A stretch of 64,000 nt of DNA, taken from NCBI GenBank assembly GCA_043808285.1, contig JAZDFA010000015.1, forward strand, positions 46,085-110,084. The letters run 5' to 3'. Below, one piece after another: positions 48,341 to 57,894 of the stretch. Below the pieces are notes generated by a model that was not told the DNA's origin, did not search any database, and saw nothing but the letters and a program-made list of their open reading frames with translations. The stretch comes from an archaeon (lineage in GTDB: Archaea > Nanobdellota > Nanobdellia > Pacearchaeales > DTIR01). The translations under genes were made by a program, and so were the position numbers. Positions within the stretch are counted from its first letter, which is position 1; the number at the start of each line of letters is the position of its first letter.

Positions 48341-48595
48341 TTATTTTTTAAGCTTTTTTAAATGTGCCGCTTCTGTTGTAAACTCTTTTTCTTTATTTCC
48401 TTGATTAAGCCTTACAACGTAACATTTTCCCCTCTTTCCAACAACTGTTCCACATAAACCTTGTATCCTTTTTGGAAAGTATGCTGGGAGTGTATAATCT
48501 TCAACTATTGCTACCTTATCTCCTTGTTTAAGCTCTTTAAAATAACTACTGAGGCTTAATTTTCCCCGTTTCCTTATTTGTTTTTGTCTTGACAT
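48341..48595 (-). CDS. rpl21e: 50S ribosomal protein L21e
   Basis: GDKVAI, P.RIQG..GTVVGKRG..Y.V, HLK. Confidence 0.95.
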   Translation of the reverse strand: MSRQKQIRKRGKLSLSSYFKELKQGDKVAIVEDYTLPAYFPKRIQGLCGTVVGKRGKCYVVRLNQGNKEKEFTTEAAHLKKLKK

Positions 48596-48597
48596 TT

Positions 48598-48945
48598 TTA
48601 TATCTTTAATTTTGTTTCTGCTTCATTCAAAAGCTTTTCCATCACGCTTGCTAGTGCGCTATAAAGGTTATAGTCTTGCATTGAAGAACTTAATATTATC
48701 TCTTCTCCGCCTTCTCTATCCTTTAACAATATTACTTCAGCAGTTAATTCATTAAGGAAGCTTTTTCCATGTTCGTGCTGTTTGAGTCTTAATTTTAGCT
48801 CCTTATATCCTACCTTATCTGCCAATTTTCTAGCATAATTGCCTACTAACTTTTTTACTACTATCATCTCCATAGGAGATAGCTTAAAGTTGACGAGACT
48901 TATATTTCCGCCAAGCTTTTTTTCATCAAAATCGGCTTCCGTCAT
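48598..48945 (-). CDS. Hypothetical protein, possible HPF/RaiA-like fold
   Basis: Predicted beta-alpha-beta-beta-beta-alpha pattern; C-terminal DYNLYSALASVMEKL helix. Confidence 0.5.
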   Translation of the reverse strand: MTEADFDEKKLGGNISLVNFKLSPMEMIVVKKLVGNYARKLADKVGYKELKLRLKQHEHGKSFLNELTAEVILLKDREGGEEIILSSSMQDYNLYSALASVMEKLLNEAETKLKI

Positions 48946-49140
48946 ATTAGTTATTCATTTGAAGGCTTTAAAAAGCTTTTTATCTCTATTTTCTTAAGTA
49001 TTTCTACCACCCCCAATCCTATCAATCTACCCTTAAATTTATAATAAATGAAAACAACCTATCCTAAAAAACAGAGTTATGCTGGGTAAATGGCTCTTTT
49101 GGAGGTTTCTTTCAAATAAGGGAGAACTACACAAAACATC

Positions 49141-49959
49141 TTATAATGAATCTAGAGGCGTATTAATCTTGCTCATCCATTCTATTAAAATTGAAGGAGA
49201 CATCGAAGAATTTGAGCTATTTAAGTCAAGCAAAAACTCCCGAATATTGTCAATATTTACCCCAGACCCTGAAAGGTGTGCTGCAAAACTGCTTCTTAGG
49301 GTATTGGGAGTCACCTTTTTTGATATTCCTGCTTTTTTTGCTGCATTTTTTATTAATTTTTGGATATTGCGGGCTGTAAGCTTCCCCTTATAGCCTGCAA
49401 ATACAAAATCTTGAGGGTTTTTGCATTCAATGTATTTTTTGAGGCTGTCGGTTATCCTCTGAGGGAGTATAAATGAGATACTCCTCTTTTCATCTCCATT
49501 TCTTACAGTGCCAATTCTGTCTTCAATATTCAAATCTTCTTTCTTAAGATTAACAAGCTGTCCCACTTTCAGCCCGCAACCGTAAAGCAGTCCGATTACC
49601 AATGCAGTCTTTTCCAAAGAAAGTTCAATCATCCTCTTCACTTCCTCTTTTTCTAAAAACTCCCGATCTTTATGCTCTTTTTTTGGCATTCTTATCTCAA
49701 AAAATAGTTCTTTATTCAAAATCTTGTCATAATAAAATCTTAATGAGGAAATCGCAAGTGCTACAGTATTTCTGGATTTTTTTTCAGATAGATGATCTAC
49801 ATATTTTTTTATGTCTTCTGCCTCTACTTCTTGGGCAGTTTTGCCCGTGAATTCTATAAATCTGGAATTAAAAAAGACATAAGAAGCAATCGTCTTATCG
49901 CTAGCACCATTAGACTTAAGTTTTTCAGTGAGCTTTTGAATTGGATTTTCAGTTTCCAT
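49141..49959 (-). CDS. XerA-like tyrosine recombinase homolog, catalytic residues degenerate
   Basis: SAM-like N-domain (S.KT..SY, T.ALAISSLRFYY); YGCGLKVGQL, VTPNTLRSSFAAHL, C-terminal PLDSL. Confidence 0.85.
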   Translation of the reverse strand: METENPIQKLTEKLKSNGASDKTIASYVFFNSRFIEFTGKTAQEVEAEDIKKYVDHLSEKKSRNTVALAISSLRFYYDKILNKELFFEIRMPKKEHKDREFLEKEEVKRMIELSLEKTALVIGLLYGCGLKVGQLVNLKKEDLNIEDRIGTVRNGDEKRSISFILPQRITDSLKKYIECKNPQDFVFAGYKGKLTARNIQKLIKNAAKKAGISKKVTPNTLRSSFAAHLSGSGVNIDNIREFLLDLNSSNSSMSPSILIEWMSKINTPLDSL

Positions 49960-50000
49960 TTTTTTGATTAAATAACACTCTCTTATAAAAAATATCCCGT

Positions 50001-50765
50001 TTATCTCTTCTTTCTAGTCTTTTGTTTAGTTTTTTGTTTAATCTCTGGAAGTTTTTTTTGGAGGATTTTAGAAATAATGAGTAATATCAACCCCACCCCT
50101 AAAGAAATGCAGCATAGAATAAAGAAATAGTCTAAAAAGGAAGAGACAAATAAATCTAAACCGCTAAATTGAGTCTTAGAAAGATTAGACAAAATTTTAG
50201 GCTTAACAAAAAAGCCTAAAGAGGATAACCCATTCAATAAGAATATCCAAGAAATTTTTCTGATTTTTAAGAGGGGTGAAAAAAAAAGAAGTAGCAATAT
50301 CAAAACTGCAAGAAGTATATAACTTAATTTTAGCGTTACATCCTGACATTTTTTTGAGAATAAAAATGAAGAATTAAATGAATTCTTAAAGCAATCAAAA
50401 AATACACATTCATACTCTGTATAATACAATTTCTCAAACATAGATTCTGAGATAAATTTATTTATTCCTCCCTTTCCTGCTGTTTTTAACTCCTTGCAGT
50501 TTATCTGCAGGAAATCATCTCCAGATTTACTTAATGGCAAATTAATCTCTTCTTTTCCATCGCAAATCTGTTCTAATTCAGTATACTGGCTGCTTAGGTC
50601 TGCTTCACCATTCATAGATGCCAAAAATAATTGGGTTAATGAAGGTTTTAAGACTTCTTCACTAATAGAATTTGCAAATGAAAAAGAGAAGATAAAAGAG
50701 GAAAGTAAGAATAAAGACAAAGAGATTACTAAAAAAGAAATTAACCCCTTGATTATGCCAGCCAT
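50001..50765 (-). CDS. Hypothetical membrane protein
   Basis: N-terminal TM, Cys-containing loop, three C-terminal TMs. Confidence 0.6.
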   Translation of the reverse strand: MAGIIKGLISFLVISLSLFLLSSFIFSFSFANSISEEVLKPSLTQLFLASMNGEADLSSQYTELEQICDGKEEINLPLSKSGDDFLQINCKELKTAGKGGINKFISESMFEKLYYTEYECVFFDCFKNSFNSSFLFSKKCQDVTLKLSYILLAVLILLLLFFSPLLKIRKISWIFLLNGLSSLGFFVKPKILSNLSKTQFSGLDLFVSSFLDYFFILCCISLGVGLILLIISKILQKKLPEIKQKTKQKTRKKR

Positions 50766-50828
50766 TAGATTATAGAATACTCTTGCTATTTTATAAATAT
50801 TTATAACATACTAATTTCTGTAGATGAC

Positions 50829-51464
50829 ATGAAAATAGTAGTTGATTCAAGAGAGAAAAACAGTATGGTAATAGCTAATCTTATTGAGCAAAAACAAGAA
50901 ATAGAGATAAAAACATTGGAGATCGGAGATTATATAATCGGAGACATAGCAATTGAGAGAAAAACTATCCAAGATTTTATTTCTTCAACTATCAATAAAA
51001 GACTTTCAGCACAGCTTGAAAATCTTAAAAAGTATAAAAGAAAAATCCTAATTTTAGAAGGTTTTGACTATAATCGAGAGATATCTGGGATGCACCCCAA
51101 TGCAATAAGAGGCATGTTCCTTTCTATAGAATTAGATTATGATACTCCGATTATATTTGTGAAAGATGATGAAGAAACTGCCAAATATCTTATATTGCTT
51201 GCAAAAAGGTTTGAAAAAACAAAAGTTTATTCTCTAAATCCTAAAAGAACTTCCAGGAATTTAAAGCAGCAGCAGCAATTTGTTTTAGAAGGATTCCCAG
51301 GCATAGGACCAGTTATTGCAAAATCTTTATTGAAAGAATTCAAAACTTTAAAGAATATTATTAATGCAGATTTAGACAAATTAACTGGCAGTAAAAAAAT
51401 TACCGAGTCTGTTGCAAAAGAAATGAAAAGAATCTTAGATTCTCAATATTCTAAATTAGACTAA
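50829..51464 (+). CDS. XPF/ERCC4 structure-specific nuclease, short form with HhH
   Basis: VDSRE, GDY, ERKT..DF, PGIG.V.AK.LL. Confidence 0.92.
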   Translation: MKIVVDSREKNSMVIANLIEQKQEIEIKTLEIGDYIIGDIAIERKTIQDFISSTINKRLSAQLENLKKYKRKILILEGFDYNREISGMHPNAIRGMFLSIELDYDTPIIFVKDDEETAKYLILLAKRFEKTKVYSLNPKRTSRNLKQQQQFVLEGFPGIGPVIAKSLLKEFKTLKNIINADLDKLTGSKKITESVAKEMKRILDSQYSKLD

Positions 51465-51984
51465 ATCTGGATATTTCTTCATAAATTGGTCCTTTTTTTG
51501 TAAGCGCAGATTTCATTAATGAAAAATAGTTCACTTCAAATTCCTTCTTGATTATCTCTATTTTTTTGAATTCATCAAAAAAATCTGAATACTTTTTAAA
51601 AGACGTTGCCCTAAAAAGAGTTATATGAGATTCAAATCTATTATCGATACTGAAGTTTTTCTTTAGCTGATTTTTTATTAAAGTATTTAATTCTTTGAAA
51701 TTTTCTTTTGGCTCTAGAGAAATCCATATTACTCTAACTTCTCTTTCAGATGGAAAAAATCCGAAATTTCCTAAAGAAGCCTTGAGGGGAGAATATTTTA
51801 TTTCTTTAAGAGAAGAGATACATTTTTCTTTCATCTCCTCACTTATCTCTCCAAGAAAAGCCAAAGTCAAATGCAAATTATCTTTTTTTACAATATTTAA
51901 TCCTGCTAAAGAGATTAAAGATTGAATTCTTGCAGCTTCTTCTTTTATTGTATCTGGAAGATTTATAGATATAAAGCATCTCAT
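51451..51984 (-). CDS. thpR: RNA 2',3'-cyclic phosphodiesterase (2H family)
   Basis: MRCFISI, HLTLAFLGE, HITL, S.LT..GPIY. Confidence 0.9.
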   Translation of the reverse strand: MRCFISINLPDTIKEEAARIQSLISLAGLNIVKKDNLHLTLAFLGEISEEMKEKCISSLKEIKYSPLKASLGNFGFFPSEREVRVIWISLEPKENFKELNTLIKNQLKKNFSIDNRFESHITLFRATSFKKYSDFFDEFKKIEIIKKEFEVNYFSLMKSALTKKGPIYEEISRFSLI

Positions 51985-52586
51985 TTCATTACTTCTTGCT
52001 TATAGATTATGTATTTGTATTTGAGTCCTACTTTCTTACCATTATCCAACCAGAAAAGGATAAATAACCCAATGAGGGATAATGCTCCAACAATTATGAA
52101 GATATTCTTAAAGCCGATTATAATTGTTAATTGTGCTCCAAAAAATGCAGCTAGTGCAGTTCCTAGGCCAACAAATGTTTCATAAAAGGCCCATTCAAAA
52201 CTTTCTCTATTCTTATCTAAATTTGAGCTGAAAAGTCCCATCCAAGTTGGATAAGCCATTGCTGCCCCTATTCCATGGATGATCTGTGCAAGGTAAATAT
52301 GGTAGATATTGTTTGAAAAAAAGAACAAAAATGGAACTAAGGTTAAGAAAAAAGAACCTAAAATAAGCAGAAAAACCCTGCTTTCATACTTGTCTGCATA
52401 AGATGCAAATGGAACTTGAAACAAAGATTTTGTCACTAAGAATAATGTGCTTGCAATTCCTACTGCTGCAATGTTGCCCCCAGACAAAGAGTCATTTATA
52501 AAAATTGCAAAAATAGGGTCTATTAAACCAAATCCTGTAATTACAAATATATCTGAGAATATTAATAGTTTTATTGTGCGATTCAT
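51981..52586 (-). CDS. Half-size MFS transporter (six TM)
   Basis: GFGLI.PIFAIF, ADKY..R, GIGAA.AYP.W; 201 aa. Confidence 0.75.
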   Translation of the reverse strand: MNRTIKLLIFSDIFVITGFGLIDPIFAIFINDSLSGGNIAAVGIASTLFLVTKSLFQVPFASYADKYESRVFLLILGSFFLTLVPFLFFFSNNIYHIYLAQIIHGIGAAMAYPTWMGLFSSNLDKNRESFEWAFYETFVGLGTALAAFFGAQLTIIIGFKNIFIIVGALSLIGLFILFWLDNGKKVGLKYKYIIYKQEVMK

Positions 52587-52629
52587 AAAAAAGAATAATA
52601 GATGGGCTTACTTAAAGGTTTTTATGATA

Positions 52630-53319
52630 TTACTGCATTTCAGATACTGCTTTTGCAATAAGCTTAAATGTAGATTCAGATGGGTCATTTCCTTCTCCGA
52701 TTCCACATATCTCTATGACTGGAGGATTTAACAACCTAATTCTTTGCAAAAGATAAATTAGATCCCTAAAAGACAATCCTCCAGGTTCTGGATTAAAAAT
52801 CAATGGAGCGAAAGCAGGATCAAGAACATTTAGATTAACAGAAACATGCACTAGACTAAATTGCCTAGTCATCTCAATTAAGTCATCTGATTCTTCCTCT
52901 AAATTCATGAATATATCTTTGTAGGAAAAGAGATTCACATTTTTCTCTTTTAAAAAAGAAAGGTCATTTTTAGAAAAACTTCTCGTGCAAACAATAAATA
53001 TCTGTCTTGGATTAAATCCTAGGTTTATCAATTCTGTTGCTTTTTTATAAGTTGCATCAAATAAGATGATGCAATTCCTATTATTTATTTCTAAAAAAGA
53101 GGGAGATATCTCTTCGATTATAGATGATTCACTACCTATGAAGATAGAAGGCTCTTCAAAAGAATTCCATTTTAGATTCTTGAGAAATTTTCTCTCTTTA
53201 AAAGAGATATTTTTGCCAGATTCATTACAAGAAATAAGTTTCAAATAATGAATTATCCTAGAGTAATTATTATTCTTCTCTTTATTCTTCTCCTCCGAAA
53301 GAAGGTCTATGAGTATCAT
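52630..53319 (-). CDS. Arginase/agmatinase-family homolog, degenerate active site
   Basis: VHVSVNLNVLDPAFAP...PEPGGLS.RDL; ILFDATY; probable start ATG 53319. Confidence 0.7.
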   Translation of the reverse strand: MILIDLLSEEKNKEKNNNYSRIIHYLKLISCNESGKNISFKERKFLKNLKWNSFEEPSIFIGSESSIIEEISPSFLEINNRNCIILFDATYKKATELINLGFNPRQIFIVCTRSFSKNDLSFLKEKNVNLFSYKDIFMNLEEESDDLIEMTRQFSLVHVSVNLNVLDPAFAPLIFNPEPGGLSFRDLIYLLQRIRLLNPPVIEICGIGEGNDPSESTFKLIAKAVSEMQ

Positions 53320-53320
53320 T

Positions 53321-54028
53321 TTATTTGCCAAATCTTCTTTGTCTATTTGAAAATTCTTCAAGAACCTTAACAAAATCATCTTTTGTAAGTTCTGGGAAAA
53401 GTTTATCTTCAAGAAAAATCATCTCTGAATAAGTAGATTGCCAGGTCATAAATCCTGACACCCTCTGTTCAGAAGTCCTTATAATCAAGTCTACATCAGG
53501 CAATTGAGCATAAAGATTACTTGAAAAAATAGACTCATTTATTTCTGCTAAAGAAAGTTTTCCCTCTTTTACTTTTTTTGCGATTTTTCTTGTCGCCTCA
53601 AGTATCTCCTCTCTACCACAATATGCTATTGCTAGATTAAGATAATAATCTGAATGTTTCTTTGTTGCTTCTTCTAGCTTAGATATCAAAGATTGCATAT
53701 CTTTTGACAAAGAATCTTTTTTACCCAATACCCTTACTCTAACCTCTTTCTTCATTACATCGCTGTCTTTTTCAAGCATGCTGTTTAATTTTCTTTTTAA
53801 TATCCCTAAAAGAAAAGTAACCTCTGAGGGGGGTCTTGATAAATTTTCTGTAGAAAGAACATAGATAGTAATCATCTTTATTCCAAACTCTTGGCACCAT
53901 TGTATAATATCTTCTATTCTCTTTAGCCCTTCTTCATGTCCCTTCCAAGGCTTCAGATTTCTTAATTTAGCCCACCTTCTGTTCCCATCCGGTATAATCC
54001 CTAAATGTTTAGGTAAATTTGATAACAT
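53321..54028 (-). CDS. uppS: cis-prenyltransferase (polyprenyl diphosphate synthase)
   Basis: HLGIIPDGNRRWA, STEN..R, DLIIRTSEQRVSGF..WQ, RRFG. Confidence 0.95.
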   Translation of the reverse strand: MLSNLPKHLGIIPDGNRRWAKLRNLKPWKGHEEGLKRIEDIIQWCQEFGIKMITIYVLSTENLSRPPSEVTFLLGILKRKLNSMLEKDSDVMKKEVRVRVLGKKDSLSKDMQSLISKLEEATKKHSDYYLNLAIAYCGREEILEATRKIAKKVKEGKLSLAEINESIFSSNLYAQLPDVDLIIRTSEQRVSGFMTWQSTYSEMIFLEDKLFPELTKDDFVKVLEEFSNRQRRFGK

Positions 54029-54135
54029 AGATAATCTTAAAATAAATGTTATTTAAATCTTTTCGGTTGAATTTTTGTATGGAAAAGCTTATATATTTAT
54101 TTTATAATAATTCAGAAATAGAAAGGGGGGGAAAA

Positions 54136-54555
54136 ATGGGAAGCTGCCTTGACTTAAGAAAATATGTAAATGACCAAAGAACATTTGATGCTTTTTCTCA
54201 GTTAGTAAGTGGTGGCAAGGCTAATTACAAGACAGTTATTGAAAGAAAAAAAGAAATTCCAAGATGTAGCAAATGTGGAATTGAATTAGAAGGTATCGAG
54301 AAGTTCTGCCCAGAATGTGGAGAAAAAACTTCCTGGCAAAAGAAATCAGAAGAGCCAAAAATACTGCTTACAACTACCGAACTAGAAACACAATTTAAAT
54401 GCGGTCAAAAAAAAGATCCAGACGTGCTGGCATATTTAAGAGATGAACTAAAAATTACAGAATCAACTGCATTTGAGCTTATTGAAAAATGGAGAAAAGA
54501 GTCTCTACAAAAAGAGAGTATAACTGAAATAGATTTAAATCAATTCAAGGGTTAA
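54136..54555 (+). CDS. Zinc-ribbon domain protein
   Basis: CSKCG..KFCPECG; ATG 54136 preceded by a G-rich SD-like run. Confidence 0.7.
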   Translation: MGSCLDLRKYVNDQRTFDAFSQLVSGGKANYKTVIERKKEIPRCSKCGIELEGIEKFCPECGEKTSWQKKSEEPKILLTTTELETQFKCGQKKDPDVLAYLRDELKITESTAFELIEKWRKESLQKESITEIDLNQFKG

Positions 54556-55364
54556 GAAGAAAGAAACTTCTTTAGTTTAGGAATCATTTTCTCTGCTTCT
54601 TTTCTTCCTGCCTCTATTAGTTCTTTTGCCTTGTAAAATTCTAAAGAACCAGTCCTAGGAATTTTGGGTTTTATTATAAATTCTCTTTTTCTTTTTCTCC
54701 TCATGGATAGTTTCGCCATATTCCTCTGCATTATTACTATAGAATCCTCAATTATATCCAAGATATTCTGATGGACAATTCCTTTTTCAGTCTTGATATG
54801 CTCCATTCTTGCAAGAACATCTATTACTATAATCTTTTTTGCATACTTGCTTGCAATGTCTACTGGTACTGGGTCTACTATCCCCCCATCAACAAGTATC
54901 ATCCCCTTATTATGTATTGGAACAAATATTCCCGGAATAGATATAGAACTCCTTATTGCATCTACTAAGCTTCCCTTGCCAATTATTACTGTTTTTCCAG
55001 TTTCTAGGTCTGCTGAAACAGCTATAAAAGGCATACTCAAATCTTCTATCTTTTTGTTATCTGTAAATTTTGAAATCATTGAGGTAATGCTATTCCCCCT
55101 ACTTAATCCTTCCATACTGGGTTTTTCTATGAACATTTTAAAAACATCTCTTTTATTTAATGAAAGGAATTTTTTCTTTAGTTCTCTGAGGTTCCCGCTA
55201 AGATATGCCCCTCCGACTAATGCACCCATGCTTGTACCAATTATCATATCTATAGGGATTTTTTCTTTTTCAAAGACTTCTAAGACACCTATATGTGCAA
55301 GTCCTCTAGCACCACCACCACTCAAAACCAAAGCGATCTCTTTCTTGAATAATGGAGATTTCAT
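54552..55364 (-). CDS. Patatin-like phospholipase
   Basis: LSGGGARG, GTSMG, SISIPG.F.P, DGG. Confidence 0.93.
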   Translation of the reverse strand: MKSPLFKKEIALVLSGGGARGLAHIGVLEVFEKEKIPIDMIIGTSMGALVGGAYLSGNLRELKKKFLSLNKRDVFKMFIEKPSMEGLSRGNSITSMISKFTDNKKIEDLSMPFIAVSADLETGKTVIIGKGSLVDAIRSSISIPGIFVPIHNKGMILVDGGIVDPVPVDIASKYAKKIIVIDVLARMEHIKTEKGIVHQNILDIIEDSIVIMQRNMAKLSMRRKRKREFIIKPKIPRTGSLEFYKAKELIEAGRKEAEKMIPKLKKFLSS

Positions 55365-55414
55365 GATAGTTATTAAACAACAACTCTTTTAAATTTTGTT
55401 TATTCAAAGATAAT

Positions 55415-56320
55415 ATGGTTGTAAATGCCACGCCCGCATATCAAACAGCTGAAAAACAATATTTGATTGCGAAAAGTACTGAAGAGAAGATAAATGCAGT
55501 GAAAAATATGATCACCTTATGCCCAAAGCATAAAGGCAGTGAAAAGATGCTTGCAGCATTAAAAAAAAGGCTTGCGAGGCTAAAAGAAGAAATTCTAAAA
55601 GAAAAAGAGGTAAGAAAAAGAAGGGGGCATAACCTCAATATAAAAAAAGAGCAAGATGCTCAGGTAGTAATGATCGGCATGGCTAATTCTGGAAAATCTA
55701 CTATTCTTTCAAAAATAACAAATGCTTCCCCTCAAATTTCAGAGTTACCATATACTACCTTCAAACCAGAAATAGGAACTTTGGAAATGGGCTGCAAGAT
55801 ACAAATAATAGAAGTGCCTTCTTTAAAACCGGGGGCAGATAACAAAGAATTGCTTTCTCTTGCTGAAACAGCAGATTTGATTCTTGCAGTTGTTTCAAGT
55901 ATAGAAGATCTAAAATTTATTGGGGAAGAACTAAAGCAGCACGATAACAAGGTGCTTGTAATCAATAAAAAAGACATAATCAAAGAAGAGAAATTAAAGA
56001 TGTTATTAAACATGAAAAATTCTATTGCAATCTCTGCAAAAAATGAAGAAGGTATTAAAGAACTTAAGCAAAAAATTTTTGACAGCCTATGCATAATGAG
56101 AGTTTATACCAAAGAGCCCGGCAAAAAACAAACCTTAGAACCATTAGTATTGAAAAAAGGAAAATGTATAGAGGATGTATCAAGAAAAATAAGGCAAGAT
56201 TATGTAAAAAGATTTGTTTATGCTAGGGTTTGGGGAGACAGTGCAAAGTTTGCAGGTCAAAAGGTAGGAATAAAACATATTCTTAAAGACAAAGATGTTA
56301 TAGAAATTCATCTAGACTGA
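55415..56320 (+). CDS. DRG/OBG-related GTPase with TGS domain
   Basis: PKHKGSEK, GMANSGKST, YTT, NKKD, ISAK, RVYTK.PG, GQKVG..H.L.D.D. Confidence 0.88.
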   Translation: MVVNATPAYQTAEKQYLIAKSTEEKINAVKNMITLCPKHKGSEKMLAALKKRLARLKEEILKEKEVRKRRGHNLNIKKEQDAQVVMIGMANSGKSTILSKITNASPQISELPYTTFKPEIGTLEMGCKIQIIEVPSLKPGADNKELLSLAETADLILAVVSSIEDLKFIGEELKQHDNKVLVINKKDIIKEEKLKMLLNMKNSIAISAKNEEGIKELKQKIFDSLCIMRVYTKEPGKKQTLEPLVLKKGKCIEDVSRKIRQDYVKRFVYARVWGDSAKFAGQKVGIKHILKDKDVIEIHLD

Positions 56321-57355
56321 TTATATCTCTTTTGGAGGGTAAGCTTCATCTGCTAGTTTATAGAGTTCCTTATTCTTTTGCAATTCCTTGAGTAATTTGC
56401 AGATCTCTTCTGCAAGGGCATTCTTCAGATCTAGGGGATGTATCTTTTTTTCCTTGAAATCTTGTTCAAGCTCTTCATAAGAAGAGTAAGAAAGGTCTCC
56501 CCCATATTTCTGGTCTCGCTTTATCACAAATTTTTCTTGATTGTCTGATTTTATAACCATTATCACATACTTAATGAAAGCAATTATTCCACTGTTACAA
56601 TCTCCTGCTAGACATTCTGCCGAATTAATCTTCTGTTTTACTACTTCTGGATCATCTAACAAATCTATTTTAGATTTAGGATCTGAAGCAGACATCTTCT
56701 TCCCCACTAACCCTGGGATTAATGGATTCATTATTTCGATTCTTTTTTCATAATCTAATCTGGGCAAGTTTTCTCTTGCCAAAACCATTATTTTTCTTTG
56801 GTCTGTACCTCCTAATTGCGCATCTACATCTAAGTATTGTTCATCTAATGCCTGCATGATTGGATAGATTAATCCTGAAAGTCTCGGATTATCTCCTAGC
56901 TTCACTACCTCTGAAGCTGCTTTGTGTGCATCATGAACTGAAACCATTGAGGACATTTGAAGAACATCATACATATACTCTGGTTTGAGCTGAAAATCGC
57001 TTCCTTTAACAAATTCTAGGTCTTTGGGCTCTACACCTATTGCTTTTATCATTGCAGAAATTATCTTAGAATAATACAGATACCTTTTTTCTAACACATT
57101 CCAAGGAGTATTATCCATTGCAGCATGTAGGTCTGCTAGTAAAATTTTCACCTTAAATCCTGCTTTTAAAAAATCTGCAATTTTTAATGCTGGAAAAAAA
57201 TAAGCTATATGCGGCTTGCCAGTGGGGGCAGTTCCCCAATAAAGTGATGGCTTCTTCTTGTTTTGAAGAAGCTTGATTAATTCCTCCTCTGATATGATCT
57301 CTGCAGTATTTCTGGTTATCAAATCGAATCTCTCTCTTACTCCCAAGTTAACCAT
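56321..57355 (-). CDS. tyrS: Tyrosine--tRNA ligase, archaeal type
   Basis: YWGTAPTGKPHIAY, YPIMQALD, GGTDQRK, KMSAS, HPLDLK. Confidence 0.96.
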   Translation of the reverse strand: MVNLGVRERFDLITRNTAEIISEEELIKLLQNKKKPSLYWGTAPTGKPHIAYFFPALKIADFLKAGFKVKILLADLHAAMDNTPWNVLEKRYLYYSKIISAMIKAIGVEPKDLEFVKGSDFQLKPEYMYDVLQMSSMVSVHDAHKAASEVVKLGDNPRLSGLIYPIMQALDEQYLDVDAQLGGTDQRKIMVLARENLPRLDYEKRIEIMNPLIPGLVGKKMSASDPKSKIDLLDDPEVVKQKINSAECLAGDCNSGIIAFIKYVIMVIKSDNQEKFVIKRDQKYGGDLSYSSYEELEQDFKEKKIHPLDLKNALAEEICKLLKELQKNKELYKLADEAYPPKEI

Positions 57356-57432
57356 AAGAAACTTAGTAGCAAACGTTTCTTAAATCTTTCGAAAAGAGAA
57401 AGATATAAAAGATTTATCTGACTATTAAAAAA

Positions 57433-57852
57433 ATGATAGAGGTATCAAAACTGATAATAAATATAATTCTGGCAATTTTTCTTGCAGGTAGTATAGGATA
57501 TGAAAGGCAGGTAAGAAGAGGAATATATTCTGTAGGAATAAGAACGCACATACTCTTATGTTTTGTGGTTATGATTCTTACCTCTGTAAGCATAGATGGT
57601 TTCCCGCTAGATTCTGCTAGGATAATTGCAGGAGTAATAAGTGCAGTAGGATTCATAGCAGCAGGAACAATAATAGGCCATAGAGAAGAAGTTCTTGGGC
57701 TTACTACTGGAATAGGGCTTCTAGTGGTTTCAGGAATAGGCATACTCATCGCAATGGGATATTATATCGTTGCAGTAATCGTGACAATTTCTTCCTGGAT
57801 GATACTGGAATTATGGAGATTTGAAGTTAAAGTTGGCTTGAAGAAAAAGTAA
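57433..57852 (+). CDS. MgtC/SapB family membrane protein
   Basis: IGYERQ, GIRTH, RIIAGVISAVGFI.AG.I, GLTT. Confidence 0.88.
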   Translation: MIEVSKLIINIILAIFLAGSIGYERQVRRGIYSVGIRTHILLCFVVMILTSVSIDGFPLDSARIIAGVISAVGFIAAGTIIGHREEVLGLTTGIGLLVVSGIGILIAMGYYIVAVIVTISSWMILELWRFEVKVGLKKK

Positions 57853-57894
57853 TAACTTTATAAGATATATAAAGAGATTTTTCATGCGAGAATT

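Noticed and set aside
49141..49959. Integrated provirus or plasmid marked by the integrase-like gene
   Set aside because: Flanked by core genes, no att-like tRNA duplication seen, catalytic residues absent.
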